Positions 33,742 through 44,022 of a stretch of DNA of 64,000 nucleotides are shown here, one piece after another. Under the pieces are notes generated by a model. That model ran no database searches. It had not been told where the DNA came from and saw only the letters and a program-made list of their open reading frames with translations. The stretch's first letter is position 1. Every line of letters begins with the position of its first letter. Source of the stretch: Candidatus Babelota bacterium. GTDB lineage: Bacteria > Babelota > Babeliae > Babelales > JACPOV01. The stretch covers positions 509,270 through 573,269 of the forward strand of contig JACPOV010000008.1 in NCBI GenBank assembly GCA_016191325.1, written 5' to 3'. The translations under genes were made by a program, and so were the position numbers.

Positions 33742-33993
33742 TTATTTGGTGCGCAATCCATTAATTTTTTCCACAGCCTCATTAATAGAATCTATTTTGG
33801 CAGCTTCTTGATCTTCTATCTCTATACCAAACTCTTCTTCGAGCTTCATAACTATTTCTAGTTTATCAAGCGAATCTGCACCTAACTGTTCTAATGAAGT
33901 ATCGCGGGTAACTTTTTGTTTATCGACATGCAAGACATCCGAAATAATTGTTACCATTTTTTGATAGGTATCTTGAGAATCAAAGTTTGCCAT
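33742..33993 (-). CDS. acpP: acyl carrier protein
   Basis: LGADSLDKLEIVMKLEEEFGIEI, with the DSL phosphopantetheine-attachment serine. Start at the ATG at 33993 (GGAG RBS). Confidence 0.9.
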   Translation of the reverse strand: MANFDSQDTYQKMVTIISDVLHVDKQKVTRDTSLEQLGADSLDKLEIVMKLEEEFGIEIEDQEAAKIDSINEAVEKINGLRTK

Positions 33994-34024
33994 AATGCTC
34001 CACAATAAATTGAGGCTGTTGCTA

Positions 34025-34936
34025 TTATTTAATTAAAACCAAAAGATTTTCAACGTCAGTCAAACTATTTATCGCAATATGCCGCTTTTCTGGATAATAG
34101 TCACGCACGATTTTCTGTAGTGAATCGCCTGGCCCCACATGAATAATTAAATCCCAATCGGCAATCGACTTAATTACTTTATCCCAGTGAATTGGACTAA
34201 CGATTTGTTCCATAATTTTTTCGCGCGCTTGGCTGCCACTTAAAAGTGAACTTCCATCGATAGTCGAGATGAGCGGAATTTGCAAATCATGAAAGTCTAT
34301 TTTCTCTAGATACGTGCGCAAGTGATCCTGTACCGGTTTCATTAGCGAACTATGAAGCCCTGCAAAAACAGAAATGTCATCGGTTTGAGCATCCTGCTGC
34401 TTAAGTTCATCTTCCACACCGATCATCTCATCTTTTAAACCGGATATGCGAAGTTTATTGTTCGTATGGTAAGCGCTTATTGAGGCATGTTTATATTCTT
34501 TGCATAACTCACGAACTTTGACAATCTCCATGCCTTCTTGTTCTAAGATGCGTGGCTCTAATGTTGTTAAAAGTTCCTGATAAAAATGTGCGTATTTTGA
34601 AAGAAAATAGAGACCATCGGGCAGACTCAAGCTGCCTGCCGCATGCAATGCGCACCATTGGCCAATTCCATAACCTGAAACAACCTGCGGGATTATTTCT
34701 TTTTCTTTTAAAAGCGCTGAAATCGCGCAGCTTACAAGAAAAATAGAGGTATAAGCGTGATCAATTTGAGCAAGCTCTTGCTCAGAAGAAGCGAAACAAA
34801 GTTTAACGAAATTAATATTTAGGCAAGTTGAAGCTTCTTCAAAATACTCCTGCATAATGCGGGAAGTATCATAAAGTTCTTTTCCCATGCCAACATATTG
34901 GCTCCCATAATCTGGAAACAGCATGCCAATTTTCAT
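34025..34936 (-). CDS. fabD: FabD-like malonyl-CoA:ACP transacylase homologue lacking the canonical GHSLG serine
   Basis: Collinear with E. coli FabD. FPDYGSQ aligns with FPGQGSQ, and GLHSSLMKP with PSHCALMKP. The nucleophile elbow reads GYGIG (34661-34675) instead of GHSLG. Confidence 0.75.
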   Translation of the reverse strand: MKIGMLFPDYGSQYVGMGKELYDTSRIMQEYFEEASTCLNINFVKLCFASSEQELAQIDHAYTSIFLVSCAISALLKEKEIIPQVVSGYGIGQWCALHAAGSLSLPDGLYFLSKYAHFYQELLTTLEPRILEQEGMEIVKVRELCKEYKHASISAYHTNNKLRISGLKDEMIGVEDELKQQDAQTDDISVFAGLHSSLMKPVQDHLRTYLEKIDFHDLQIPLISTIDGSSLLSGSQAREKIMEQIVSPIHWDKVIKSIADWDLIIHVGPGDSLQKIVRDYYPEKRHIAINSLTDVENLLVLIK

Positions 34937-34964
34937 CTGCGCGTTCCCCTAGAAATGTAGTTTG

Positions 34965-36368
34965 CTAAACGCGAGTACCGTACTCGTTTACAAAACGTTC
35001 CAAGCGTTTGCAACTCTCTTGTTTACCCAAAAGTGCAACAATATCGAATGCACCGGGCCCATGTACTTTACCCGTTAAAGCTAATCGAATCGGCTGCGCA
35101 AGTTCAACTAATTTGATGCCCCGCTCAGCAGCGAGTCGCTTTGCAATCTCTCCAACGGTTGAACTATCGACTACCGCCATTGTTTTAACTGCATCATTAA
35201 AATCTTGCAATAAAAGAGCTGCTTGCGCCGTACCAAATTGCTGCACTTCTTCATTTGTAGCGCGCGCGGAAGCATGATAGAATCCATTTATTTCATCAAT
35301 TAATTCGCGCATCGTTTTTACGCGTCCCTTATAAAGATCAATAGCTTTTAGAATGGTTGCTTCATTCCAATCGGAAAGAGCCGCAACAAAACCGGGCTCA
35401 ACATCGCGCGTAATAAAAGACAAAATCTTTTTAGCATCAAGTTCTTTAAGGTACATGCTATTTACCCAATCAAGTTTTGCTTGATCAAAAATAGCAGCTT
35501 TTTTGCCAACGGCATCGAGCGTAAAGAGCGAAACTAATTGTTCACGAGTAAAGATTTCTTGATCGCCATGAGCCCAACCAAGCCGCACCAAATAATTGCA
35601 AAGCGCATCTGCCAGATAACCATTTTTTTTATAATCAGTTACTGCAGTTGCTGCATCACGCTTACTTAAACGTGCACCTGATGGCCCCAAAATAAGCGGT
35701 AAATGTGCAAAATACGGAACATCAAAACCGAACGCATTATAAAGCACAATTTGTTTTGGCGTATTGGAAATATGGTCTTCGCCACGAATAATATGCGAGA
35801 TATTCATTAGTGCATCATCCACAACCACGACAAAATTATAAATCGGCGTTCCATCGGTTCGCGCAATAATAAAATCATCTAATTGCGTCGTTTCAAACAC
35901 AATCAGCCCGCGAATAATATCGTTAAATTCTATTGTTTTTTGTTCCAACGGTAATTTAATGCGAACAACATGTGGCACGTTCTCGTCGCCAATTTCAGGT
36001 TTTCTCAAACGGCATTTGCCATCATACTTGAAATAGTCATCTTCGCTGCGCATAGGAGCCGCTGCACAAAAACAGCGGTATGCTTTTGCGTGTTGCAAAA
36101 GCCATTGAATTTTTTCTTTATAAATCGCCATTCGTTCCGTTTGAATAACTAATGGTTCATCACTTTCAATTGATGTCCATTCGAGAGATTCAAGAATCGA
36201 ATCGGTAAATTCGGGTTTTGAACGTTCAATATCGGTATCTTCTATACGGAGCAGAAAATCACCATTATTGTGCCGCGCAAAAAGCCAATTAAAAAGAGCT
36301 GTACGTAAACCACCAATATGCAAATGCCCTGTTGGAGAAGGTGCAAATCGTACCCGAATGCGCTTCAT
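34965..36368 (-). CDS. gltX: glutamyl-tRNA synthetase
   Basis: HIGH motif PSPTGHLHIGG and KMSKS-like RLSKRD. 467 aa. Confidence 0.95.
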   Translation of the reverse strand: MKRIRVRFAPSPTGHLHIGGLRTALFNWLFARHNNGDFLLRIEDTDIERSKPEFTDSILESLEWTSIESDEPLVIQTERMAIYKEKIQWLLQHAKAYRCFCAAAPMRSEDDYFKYDGKCRLRKPEIGDENVPHVVRIKLPLEQKTIEFNDIIRGLIVFETTQLDDFIIARTDGTPIYNFVVVVDDALMNISHIIRGEDHISNTPKQIVLYNAFGFDVPYFAHLPLILGPSGARLSKRDAATAVTDYKKNGYLADALCNYLVRLGWAHGDQEIFTREQLVSLFTLDAVGKKAAIFDQAKLDWVNSMYLKELDAKKILSFITRDVEPGFVAALSDWNEATILKAIDLYKGRVKTMRELIDEINGFYHASARATNEEVQQFGTAQAALLLQDFNDAVKTMAVVDSSTVGEIAKRLAAERGIKLVELAQPIRLALTGKVHGPGAFDIVALLGKQESCKRLERFVNEYGTRV

Positions 36369-37036
36369 GCAAACTCCTGCACCGCTTCTTGCGCCAATTT
36401 AACCCAAGGCGATGGATAATCTGAAGCCTGATTTTTCGTTATCTCAAAAACTTTTTCAAACGCAGCTTTAGCAGCAGCTGAATTACCAAGGGCAACATAA
36501 TGTTGTCCGATGTAATATAATGCTTCATCAGCTTGTTTATTATCTTTTGCTTGCGCTATAAGCTCAAGTTTTGCAAAGCCATCTTGCTGTATTTTTTCAT
36601 CCTGAGTATCAAGCATCATGCGCGCTTGTTTAATTGCATATACATAATAAAGTGGCGAGCGAGAATTGAGACCCTTGATTACTTCTTCCATCATCGCAAG
36701 GGATTCATCTCGTTTTCCCATATGAAGAAGCGATTCGGCCTGCAATGCCAAAAAGTACGGCGCGCAGTTAGTTGCACTGAACTGTTTATAGCCGGTGCGC
36801 GCAGCCATTTCTACTTCAGCCCAGAGCTCAGCGTTTTGCTGCGCTCGAGCAGCGTCATGAAAAATATCGGAAAGCGTAGCAACCGCTAGCTCTTGTTTTC
36901 TCGTATAAGACGTATACCAATAAAATGAGCCTGCAATAATAATCGCTAAAGCAATACCAGCAGCCATTAAATAATTTTTATAGCGCTCGCCATAAGTGAG
37001 CCAGAAATCAACTGAGAGATATGATGATAATTCCAT
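36365..37036 (-). CDS. membrane-anchored TPR-like protein (YfgM-like)
   Basis: N-terminal TM AAGIALAIIIAGSFYWY, then TPR-like helices (ALYYIGQHYVALGNSAAAKAAFEKV). Overlaps the gltX start by 4 nt. Confidence 0.55.
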   Translation of the reverse strand: MELSSYLSVDFWLTYGERYKNYLMAAGIALAIIIAGSFYWYTSYTRKQELAVATLSDIFHDAARAQQNAELWAEVEMAARTGYKQFSATNCAPYFLALQAESLLHMGKRDESLAMMEEVIKGLNSRSPLYYVYAIKQARMMLDTQDEKIQQDGFAKLELIAQAKDNKQADEALYYIGQHYVALGNSAAAKAAFEKVFEITKNQASDYPSPWVKLAQEAVQEFA

Positions 37037-37099
37037 AATTTCTCCTTACTCAAATAATAAAATGAATTAGGCACAACGTAGCACAGGACACAAAAACTC

Positions 37100-38146
37100 T
37101 CAACGCTCAGAAATAGAAGATGCGTTAAGAGGTTTTTGTAGCATTGAAGAATTGTTCAACATTGATTCTACCGATTCGTTAAAACGATCAACAAACCTCG
37201 TCTGATGAATCGTATGCGCGTAAAGAAGTGCATCTTCGATAGCAGATGCTTGCGATGCACCGTGCGCAATAATAATCGGTTTTCGCACTCCCAAAAGAAG
37301 CGCTCCGCCTTTTTGCACGCGAGCGACATTTCTTTTTAGTCGCTTAAGCAAACGGCCTCCTAAAAATCCCAAGCAGCGACCGATCCATGTTTTTCTGCAT
37401 TCACGGTCCACGACTTTTGGAATTAAAGAAAGCATTCCCTCGAGAGATTTCAGCATAATATTACCTGCAAACCCATCGCAAACCACGACATCAACTTCAC
37501 CATGTAAGATATCATGCGGTTCACGATTGCCAATAAAATTTAATCCTGATGAAGCCAAAAGCTCATGCGCTTCTAAAACAGCTTTATTGCCTTTTGTTCG
37601 CTCGGCGCCATTTGAAAGGAGCGCAATGCGGGGAGAAGTAATATTTTTTTTGAGCTTAACGTACACATCGCCCATAATGGCAAACTGTTTTAAATGATCC
37701 GGCTTACAGTCGACATTCGCACCAAGATCGATAAAGAAAACCGATCCATGAAGCGCAGGAATAAATTCACCAATTGCTGGCCGCAATATTCCCTCTGTTT
37801 TACCTATAAGAAGCATACCACCCACCAAGCAGGCACCGGTGTTTCCGGCAGAAACAAACGCATATGCTTCCCCTTTTGCCACATCGTTCAATGCTACGAC
37901 CAGCGAAGCATCTTTTTTGCGCAAAATAGCAGAAGACGGTTCGTCTTCCATCTCTATTGTTTGGGAACAGTGGATGATTGAAATGGGTAACTTTTTCCAG
38001 TCGCTGTCTTGCTTATCAAGGCTCTCAAGGATACGATCTTGGTCTCCATAAAGCCCAATCTTAATTCCTTTGCGAGCAGCAAGCAATCCACCCAGAACTA
38101 TCGCGTGGGGAGCAAAATCGCCCCCCATCGCATCTAATGCTATCAT
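37100..38146 (-). CDS. plsX: phosphate acyltransferase PlsX
   Basis: IALDAMGGDFAP N-terminus, GNREP, VVVCDGFAGNI motifs. Confidence 0.93.
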   Translation of the reverse strand: MIALDAMGGDFAPHAIVLGGLLAARKGIKIGLYGDQDRILESLDKQDSDWKKLPISIIHCSQTIEMEDEPSSAILRKKDASLVVALNDVAKGEAYAFVSAGNTGACLVGGMLLIGKTEGILRPAIGEFIPALHGSVFFIDLGANVDCKPDHLKQFAIMGDVYVKLKKNITSPRIALLSNGAERTKGNKAVLEAHELLASSGLNFIGNREPHDILHGEVDVVVCDGFAGNIMLKSLEGMLSLIPKVVDRECRKTWIGRCLGFLGGRLLKRLKRNVARVQKGGALLLGVRKPIIIAHGASQASAIEDALLYAHTIHQTRFVDRFNESVESMLNNSSMLQKPLNASSISER

Positions 38147-38178
38147 AGGTTTACTAACAAGCTTTGGCTATTCGAATA

Positions 38179-38436
38179 TTATTGTGCAGCTTGAGGCTCG
38201 CTGCCAGCTTGTTGTGTTTTTTGTTTAGCGCGAATTTCTTGGCGCTTTACAACACGCTCGTTTTTGGTAGCGATAACTTTAACACCCTTATAGAAACCGC
38301 AACCCTTGCACGCAACGTGCGGAGAAAGTGGTTCATTGCATTGTTTGCAGGTGGTAATCGCTTTAACCTTGAGACCTTTATTTGCAAATCTAGAATCGCG
38401 GCGCGCTCGGGACCGCTTACGTTTTGGTACTGGCAT
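38179..38436 (-). CDS. rpmF: 50S ribosomal protein L32
   Basis: MPVPKRKRSRARRDSR plus a CxxC...CxxC zinc ribbon (CKQC, CKGC). It has a C-terminal extension. Confidence 0.93.
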   Translation of the reverse strand: MPVPKRKRSRARRDSRFANKGLKVKAITTCKQCNEPLSPHVACKGCGFYKGVKVIATKNERVVKRQEIRAKQKTQQAGSEPQAAQ

Positions 38437-38526
38437 ACGAAAACTCCAACATGTAGTTAATAATTAGCAATTTTTAATTTCTTGTCCTATGGTACAGTAA
38501 ATTGGGCTAAAACGCAAAAAACGTTC

Positions 38527-39387
38527 TTAATCCGCGGGTAAAAAACCTGCTTGGATAAGTGCGCGTTTTAAACCTTTATAATCACCCTTCTGTAACCAAT
38601 GGCACTTTATACCTAAAGCTTGCGCAGCATGGATATTTTCAATTTGATCATCCACAAAAAAGCATTCGCTTGGATTAAGTTGGTACATTTCAAGCACTTT
38701 TCTAAAAACAGCGCTATCCGGCTTCATCATTCCATAGCTGCCAGAGATGAAAATATTGCCTGGATCAAAATGACGCAGACCTTTTCTTCCATGGGAAGAA
38801 CGCATTAAAACGCTAAACGATATCGGGTCCCAATTTGATATAATCATATTGGTGCATCCGTTCTTAGCGCATGATGCAACGAGCTCTATTCCGGCAGAAA
38901 TGGGCTTGGTATAGCGCCCTAAAACCTGTGGATCAAATACTACTTTTACCATCTTTTCCAGCATAACTCGTTCATGTTCGCTTGAGAAATAATGCTGCCC
39001 ATCAAGCTCTTTAATCACTTGGAAAGCCAATGAAACGATCTCTTGGCCAGTAATTTTGCCTTTGAGCCAATCCATCATAATAGGAGGCATAAGCCCACCA
39101 TCAGGCAAATAGGCGATAAACTGTTGCTCACCCGCATGGTGATTCAAGCGGTATAAAATATCTTCAAATAACAAATCTTTGATGTGGAAGGGACTTTTTT
39201 GGTCGAAAACTATGTATTTGGCATAGTCGGTCCAACCAAGCTCATAATAGGAAATACCCCACATATCAGGCTTAAAAAGAACACCGCCAATATCCCATAG
39301 TACGGTTTTTTGCGCATCTGCCGCAAAAACAGAAAGCACGAGCGCTAAAAACAAAAAATGTTTTCTAATTGAATTTGATACTATCAT
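38527..39387 (-). CDS. HAD-superfamily hydrolase, exported paralogue
   Basis: Start at the ATG at 39387, giving signal MIVSNSIRKHFLFLALVLSVFAADA. HAD motif I-like VLWDIGGVLF. C-terminal FFVDDQIENI. Confidence 0.7.
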   Translation of the reverse strand: MIVSNSIRKHFLFLALVLSVFAADAQKTVLWDIGGVLFKPDMWGISYYELGWTDYAKYIVFDQKSPFHIKDLLFEDILYRLNHHAGEQQFIAYLPDGGLMPPIMMDWLKGKITGQEIVSLAFQVIKELDGQHYFSSEHERVMLEKMVKVVFDPQVLGRYTKPISAGIELVASCAKNGCTNMIISNWDPISFSVLMRSSHGRKGLRHFDPGNIFISGSYGMMKPDSAVFRKVLEMYQLNPSECFFVDDQIENIHAAQALGIKCHWLQKGDYKGLKRALIQAGFLPAD

Positions 39388-39454
39388 TTTCTTCCCTTCT
39401 GGTGAAGCTTTTCTCAATTAAGCATACCCATAGGGCAAAAAAACACAATGAGCC

Positions 39455-40222
39455 TTATAAATACCCATGACCGATAAGCACTTCTTTGAGTCGCTTATAG
39501 TCCCCGTCACCAAGGCAATGCCCCTTGATCCCGCTTTGTGCCGCTGCGGCAATATTTTCAGGCTGATCATCGATAAAAAAGCATTTTTCGGGGATAACAT
39601 TGCAACGCTCGAGAATTGTCTCAAAAAGCTTTTGATTGGGTTTTATTAAACCGCATTTACCGGAAATAAAAATATCGTTCGCCTCAACCAGCGAAAATAC
39701 CGATTTGCCATGCGGAGAATTATTAAGATGATCAAATGAGAGTGAATCCCAATTTGAAACGATGCCGTTACGATTGCCATTCGCTCGGCTCTCGTTTAAA
39801 AGTTCTGCGCCTTTGTTAATCGGTTTGGTATAACGCGCAATAATCGCCGGATCAAAAACAACTTTTATTACCTTGAGAATCAAGTCTCTTTCACGCTTGG
39901 AATAAAAATAGTTTTTTCTATCTAGTTCTTCAATTAAAGCCTTCAGTGAACGAATCATTTCTGGCCCGTTAACTTCGCCTTTGAGCCACGCCATCATCAT
40001 TGGAGACATTTTCGAGCCATCGGGCATTCGAGCGAGCTCTTCTTGCGTCTCTTTGGGGTTCAAACGAAAAAGAAGATCATCAAACAAAATACTTTTTAGG
40101 TGATCTATACTTTTTCTATCAACAAGAAGGTATTGCGCGCACGCAGACCAGCCAATTTCGTAAAACGAAAGGCGCCAGGTATCAGATTTGAATAGAACGC
40201 CACTTACATCCCATAGTATCAT
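39455..40222 (-). CDS. HAD-superfamily hydrolase, cytoplasmic paralogue
   Basis: MILWDVSGVLF..., SNWD, FFIDDQPENI. Collinear with 38527..39387 but without a signal peptide. Confidence 0.7.
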   Translation of the reverse strand: MILWDVSGVLFKSDTWRLSFYEIGWSACAQYLLVDRKSIDHLKSILFDDLLFRLNPKETQEELARMPDGSKMSPMMMAWLKGEVNGPEMIRSLKALIEELDRKNYFYSKRERDLILKVIKVVFDPAIIARYTKPINKGAELLNESRANGNRNGIVSNWDSLSFDHLNNSPHGKSVFSLVEANDIFISGKCGLIKPNQKLFETILERCNVIPEKCFFIDDQPENIAAAAQSGIKGHCLGDGDYKRLKEVLIGHGYL

Positions 40223-40261
40223 AGTGCCCTCTTAATTTGGCTGAGTTCTTTCATCAATGCT

Positions 40262-41386
40262 CTATACACTTTTTTGCCACATTCCATTCAGAGTTTGTTC
40301 AAGAACACCCGCAAGTTGTAAATCAAAAATCGCTGCCTGGCAGGTCGCCAAATCACTGCCCAGTTGTTCAACTAATTGGTCAAGCGAAAGTGGCCGTATG
40401 CAGGCTTGAACTATTTGTTGTGCAAGAGGAAGCGAAAAATTTATCGTAATTTGTTCCGCAACGGTAGAACTTTTTTCTTTTTCTTGCGCCGCTTCGATTT
40501 TTTGCACCGGCACCAGATTAAATTCTGCCAAAATATCTTTGGCGGTGTGTACCAATTTTGCACCCTGCTGTATCAAACTATGGCAGCCAGCGCTCAATGG
40601 ATCACTAATTGGGCCGGGAACTGCAAAAACTTCTCTTCCTTGTTCTAGGGCAAAAAGTGCCGTAATTTTAGCCCCACTTTCTTGAGCTGCTTGAACAACC
40701 AAGCAACCGCGCGAAAGCCCAGCGATAATCCTATTTCGTGCGGGAAAGTTTCCTGGAACCGGGGTAGTTTCTAGCGCAAATGAACTCATAAGCGTCCCGC
40801 CATTATCCAAAACCGATTGAAATAATCGTTGGTTAGTAGCTGGATACCATTTAAGCAATCCAGAACCCAATACAACAATTGTTCTACCGCCAGCTTTTAG
40901 CGTAGCTCGATGCGCCATCGCATCGGCTCCTAGTGCACCGCCGCTTACGATCGTAAAGTTGTGCGCAACCAACTCAGGAATAAATTGTTCAATTGCATAG
41001 TGGCCATAATTATTTGCATCACGGGATCCCACAACCGCCAGCGCTTCTTGCTGCGATAGTGGCCCCTTGTAATAAAGAACAACGGGAGGTAAATGAATCT
41101 CTTTTAAAAGCGGAGGATAATTTTTATCAAAAAGCGTTACGAAAGAAATATTATTTTTTTCGAGTAAATTAACTTCTTGATCGAGAGCGGATCGATCTGC
41201 AAGCCCAGAAATAATGAACTGCGCCGTTTGCTCCGAAAAGCCGAACGATCCTAATTCTTTTGCATTTAACGTATACAAAAGATGCAGATTATCGCCCAGC
41301 GCATCGTGCAATCGCTTGCACAAACCAGGCCCTACTCCCTTTATAAGCGAAAGATGTAGAGCCAGTTGTGCAATAGTTTCTTTCAT
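40262..41386 (-). CDS. dprA: DNA-processing protein DprA/Smf
   Basis: VVGSRDAN...IVSGGALGADAMAHRATL Rossmann-like core and a C-terminal winged-helix-like tail. Confidence 0.9.
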   Translation of the reverse strand: MKETIAQLALHLSLIKGVGPGLCKRLHDALGDNLHLLYTLNAKELGSFGFSEQTAQFIISGLADRSALDQEVNLLEKNNISFVTLFDKNYPPLLKEIHLPPVVLYYKGPLSQQEALAVVGSRDANNYGHYAIEQFIPELVAHNFTIVSGGALGADAMAHRATLKAGGRTIVVLGSGLLKWYPATNQRLFQSVLDNGGTLMSSFALETTPVPGNFPARNRIIAGLSRGCLVVQAAQESGAKITALFALEQGREVFAVPGPISDPLSAGCHSLIQQGAKLVHTAKDILAEFNLVPVQKIEAAQEKEKSSTVAEQITINFSLPLAQQIVQACIRPLSLDQLVEQLGSDLATCQAAIFDLQLAGVLEQTLNGMWQKSV

Positions 41387-41391
41387 GCCGA

Positions 41392-44022
41392 TTACGAATC
41401 AATACCCTCATCGCTTAATTGCTCATCAAAGTTAAGCGCTTTAAAAATATCTTGTGAGGAAGTATTAACATCCATATCAAAAATACTTACTTGATGATCC
41501 GTTTCAAATGCATCGGTTTTAATTTCTGCAGGAGCAGAACCACTTGTTGGTTCATTTTCAATTACTTCATCGGTAGCTTCTTCAAACGCGACTAAATGCG
41601 CAAGTCTTTGCTCTTCATCCATTCGAATCAAACGAACACCTTTAGCTTGTCTGCCCATTGTGCGAATTTCTGTTGGCGAAAGTCGAATCATTTTTCCGGT
41701 CGTATCAATAAGAAGAACGTTCGATTCATCGGTAACGGCGCAGAGCCCGATAACTTCCCCGTTTCGTGTATCGGTTGGAATTGTGCGAACGCCATATCCG
41801 CCACGATGCGCAACACGGAAATCTTCAGCTTTAACGCGTTTTCCATAGCCGCGAGATGTCGCGAATAAAATATCGCGATCATCAGCTATCACTTCCATGC
41901 CAACAACGCGATCTCCTCCACGCAAACGAATTCCCATAACACCGGATGCTTGGCGGCCCATTTGGCGCACTTCAGTTTCCTTAAAGCGAATACCTTGGCC
42001 CTTTGCTGATGCAATCACGATTGAATCATTTCCCGAACTTAGAGCACAGAATACTAATTCATCGCCGTCGCGCAAACTTACCGCGCGAATTCCTGAGCTA
42101 CGAATATTCGAAAATTCACCAGCATCGGTACGTTTAATGATGCCATTCTTCGTAAGCATCACAAGCGATTTACCTTCCATTTCACGAATGCACAGAAGTT
42201 TAACTACGTGCTCGTTAGGATTTAGCTGGAGCAAGTTAACAATTGCACGCCCTTTTGATGTACGAGAACCTTCAGGGGCTTCAAACACGTTCATGCTATA
42301 CACGCGTCCTAAATTCGTGAAGAACATTAATTCGTCGTGAGTTTTGGCTACAAAAACATCTTTTACAAAATCGCCCGATTCTTCGAGCGGCGCCATGCCC
42401 ATTTTTCCTTTTCCGCCACGATGCTGAACACCGTACGTAGAAAGTGGAACGCGCTTGAGATAACCGCGATCGGTAAGGGTAACGACGGTTTCTTCGTCAG
42501 GAATGAGATCCGCTTCGGTTAGAATATCGATCGGTCCTTCAATTTTTGTTCTACGAGGATCTGCATAATCGGTTTTAATAGTAACCAATTCTTTCTCGAT
42601 CTCTTTTTTCAAAATCGTCTTATCGGCCAAGATTAATTTGAGGCCGTTGATAATTTTTTTGAGATCTTCCATTTCTGCAAATATTTTTTCTTGTTCGAGC
42701 CCCGTTAAACGTTGCAAGCGCATTTCAAGAACCGCTTTTCCTTGTTCTTGAGTAAGCAAAAAGCGCTGATTTAATTTTGCAATCGCCTCTTCTGGCGTAG
42801 ATGAAGCTTTTATGAGCGCAACCACTTCATCAATATTATTAAGAACAATAATGAAGCCAGCAAGAAGATGTTCGCGCGCTTGCGCTCTGCCAAGATCGTA
42901 GACAGTTCGTTTATAAATAACTTCTTGGCGATGCAAAAGAAACTCACGAATCAGATCACGCAAGCTGAAAATCAATGGACGATTTTCAAGTAACCCAAGC
43001 ATTAGAATCGAAACGCTGGTCTCTAATTGAGTAAACTTATACAACTGATTGAGCACAACGGTCGGAATTTCTCCGCGCTTGAGTTCAATCACAACGCGCA
43101 TACCTTTTTTATCAGACTCATCGCGAATATTGGAAATGCCGTCGATAATTTTATCTTTAACCAAGTCTGCAACTTTGATAATAAGTTCAGCTTTGTTTAC
43201 TTGGTACGGAAGCTCGTAAATAACAAGCGCACTTCCTTTTTTTGTTTCTTCAATTTCAACAACGCCGCGTAAAATTAAATTGCCGCGTCCTGTTTTATAA
43301 GCGCGCACAATACCAGCACGGCCGCAAATAATGCCGCCTGTTGGAAAATCGGGCGCCGGAATTTTTTCAAAGAGTTCTTCATCGGTCATCGATTCATTTG
43401 CTAGATAAGCCAAGCAAGCATCGATCACTTCACCCAAATTGTGGGGTGGAATTGCGGTAGCCATACCCACGGCGATTCCGGAAGTTCCGTTGATCAACAA
43501 GTTTGGCAATTTGCTTGGAAGCACAATCGGTTCAACGGTCGATTCGTCAAAGTTTGGAACAAAGTGAACGGTCTCTTTATCAAGGTCCGCCAAAATTTCC
43601 TGAGAAATCTTTTCCATGCGTACTTCGGTATAACGCATTGCTGCAGCATTATCACCGTCTACAGATCCCCAGTTTCCTTGGCCATCCAAAAGTGGATACC
43701 GCTTTGAAAACTCTTGAACCATCCCCACCATGGTATTATAGACCGCTTGATCACCATGCGGATGATACTTACCAAGTACTTCACCCACGATACGTACCGA
43801 TTTGTGATACGGTTTGTTATAGTGAAAACCAAGCTGATTCATGGTATAAAGCACACGGCGATGTACCGGCTTCAATCCATCACGCACATCGGGAATTGCC
43901 CGGCTAACGACGACCGACATCGCATAATCAAGAAACGAACTTTTGAGCTCATCCTCAATCAAAACTGGCTTAAGTTTGCCGGTAAGATTTTCGTTTTGAG
44001 CATCATGAGTTGAAGATGACAT
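41392..44022 (-). CDS. gyrA: DNA gyrase subunit A
   Basis: DGLKPVHRRVLY, active-site AAMRYTE, C-terminal beta-pinwheel repeats and an acidic tail. Confidence 0.97.
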   Translation of the reverse strand: MSSSTHDAQNENLTGKLKPVLIEDELKSSFLDYAMSVVVSRAIPDVRDGLKPVHRRVLYTMNQLGFHYNKPYHKSVRIVGEVLGKYHPHGDQAVYNTMVGMVQEFSKRYPLLDGQGNWGSVDGDNAAAMRYTEVRMEKISQEILADLDKETVHFVPNFDESTVEPIVLPSKLPNLLINGTSGIAVGMATAIPPHNLGEVIDACLAYLANESMTDEELFEKIPAPDFPTGGIICGRAGIVRAYKTGRGNLILRGVVEIEETKKGSALVIYELPYQVNKAELIIKVADLVKDKIIDGISNIRDESDKKGMRVVIELKRGEIPTVVLNQLYKFTQLETSVSILMLGLLENRPLIFSLRDLIREFLLHRQEVIYKRTVYDLGRAQAREHLLAGFIIVLNNIDEVVALIKASSTPEEAIAKLNQRFLLTQEQGKAVLEMRLQRLTGLEQEKIFAEMEDLKKIINGLKLILADKTILKKEIEKELVTIKTDYADPRRTKIEGPIDILTEADLIPDEETVVTLTDRGYLKRVPLSTYGVQHRGGKGKMGMAPLEESGDFVKDVFVAKTHDELMFFTNLGRVYSMNVFEAPEGSRTSKGRAIVNLLQLNPNEHVVKLLCIREMEGKSLVMLTKNGIIKRTDAGEFSNIRSSGIRAVSLRDGDELVFCALSSGNDSIVIASAKGQGIRFKETEVRQMGRQASGVMGIRLRGGDRVVGMEVIADDRDILFATSRGYGKRVKAEDFRVAHRGGYGVRTIPTDTRNGEVIGLCAVTDESNVLLIDTTGKMIRLSPTEIRTMGRQAKGVRLIRMDEEQRLAHLVAFEEATDEVIENEPTSGSAPAEIKTDAFETDHQVSIFDMDVNTSSQDIFKALNFDEQLSDEGIDS

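Noticed and set aside
41596-44013. Many 60-147-aa + strand ORFs inside gyrA, and similar nested ORFs inside ftsK, murF, the 734-aa gene and others
   Set aside because: These are shadow ORFs within strongly supported conserved genes on the opposite strand. Their composition is odd and I recognise no homology.
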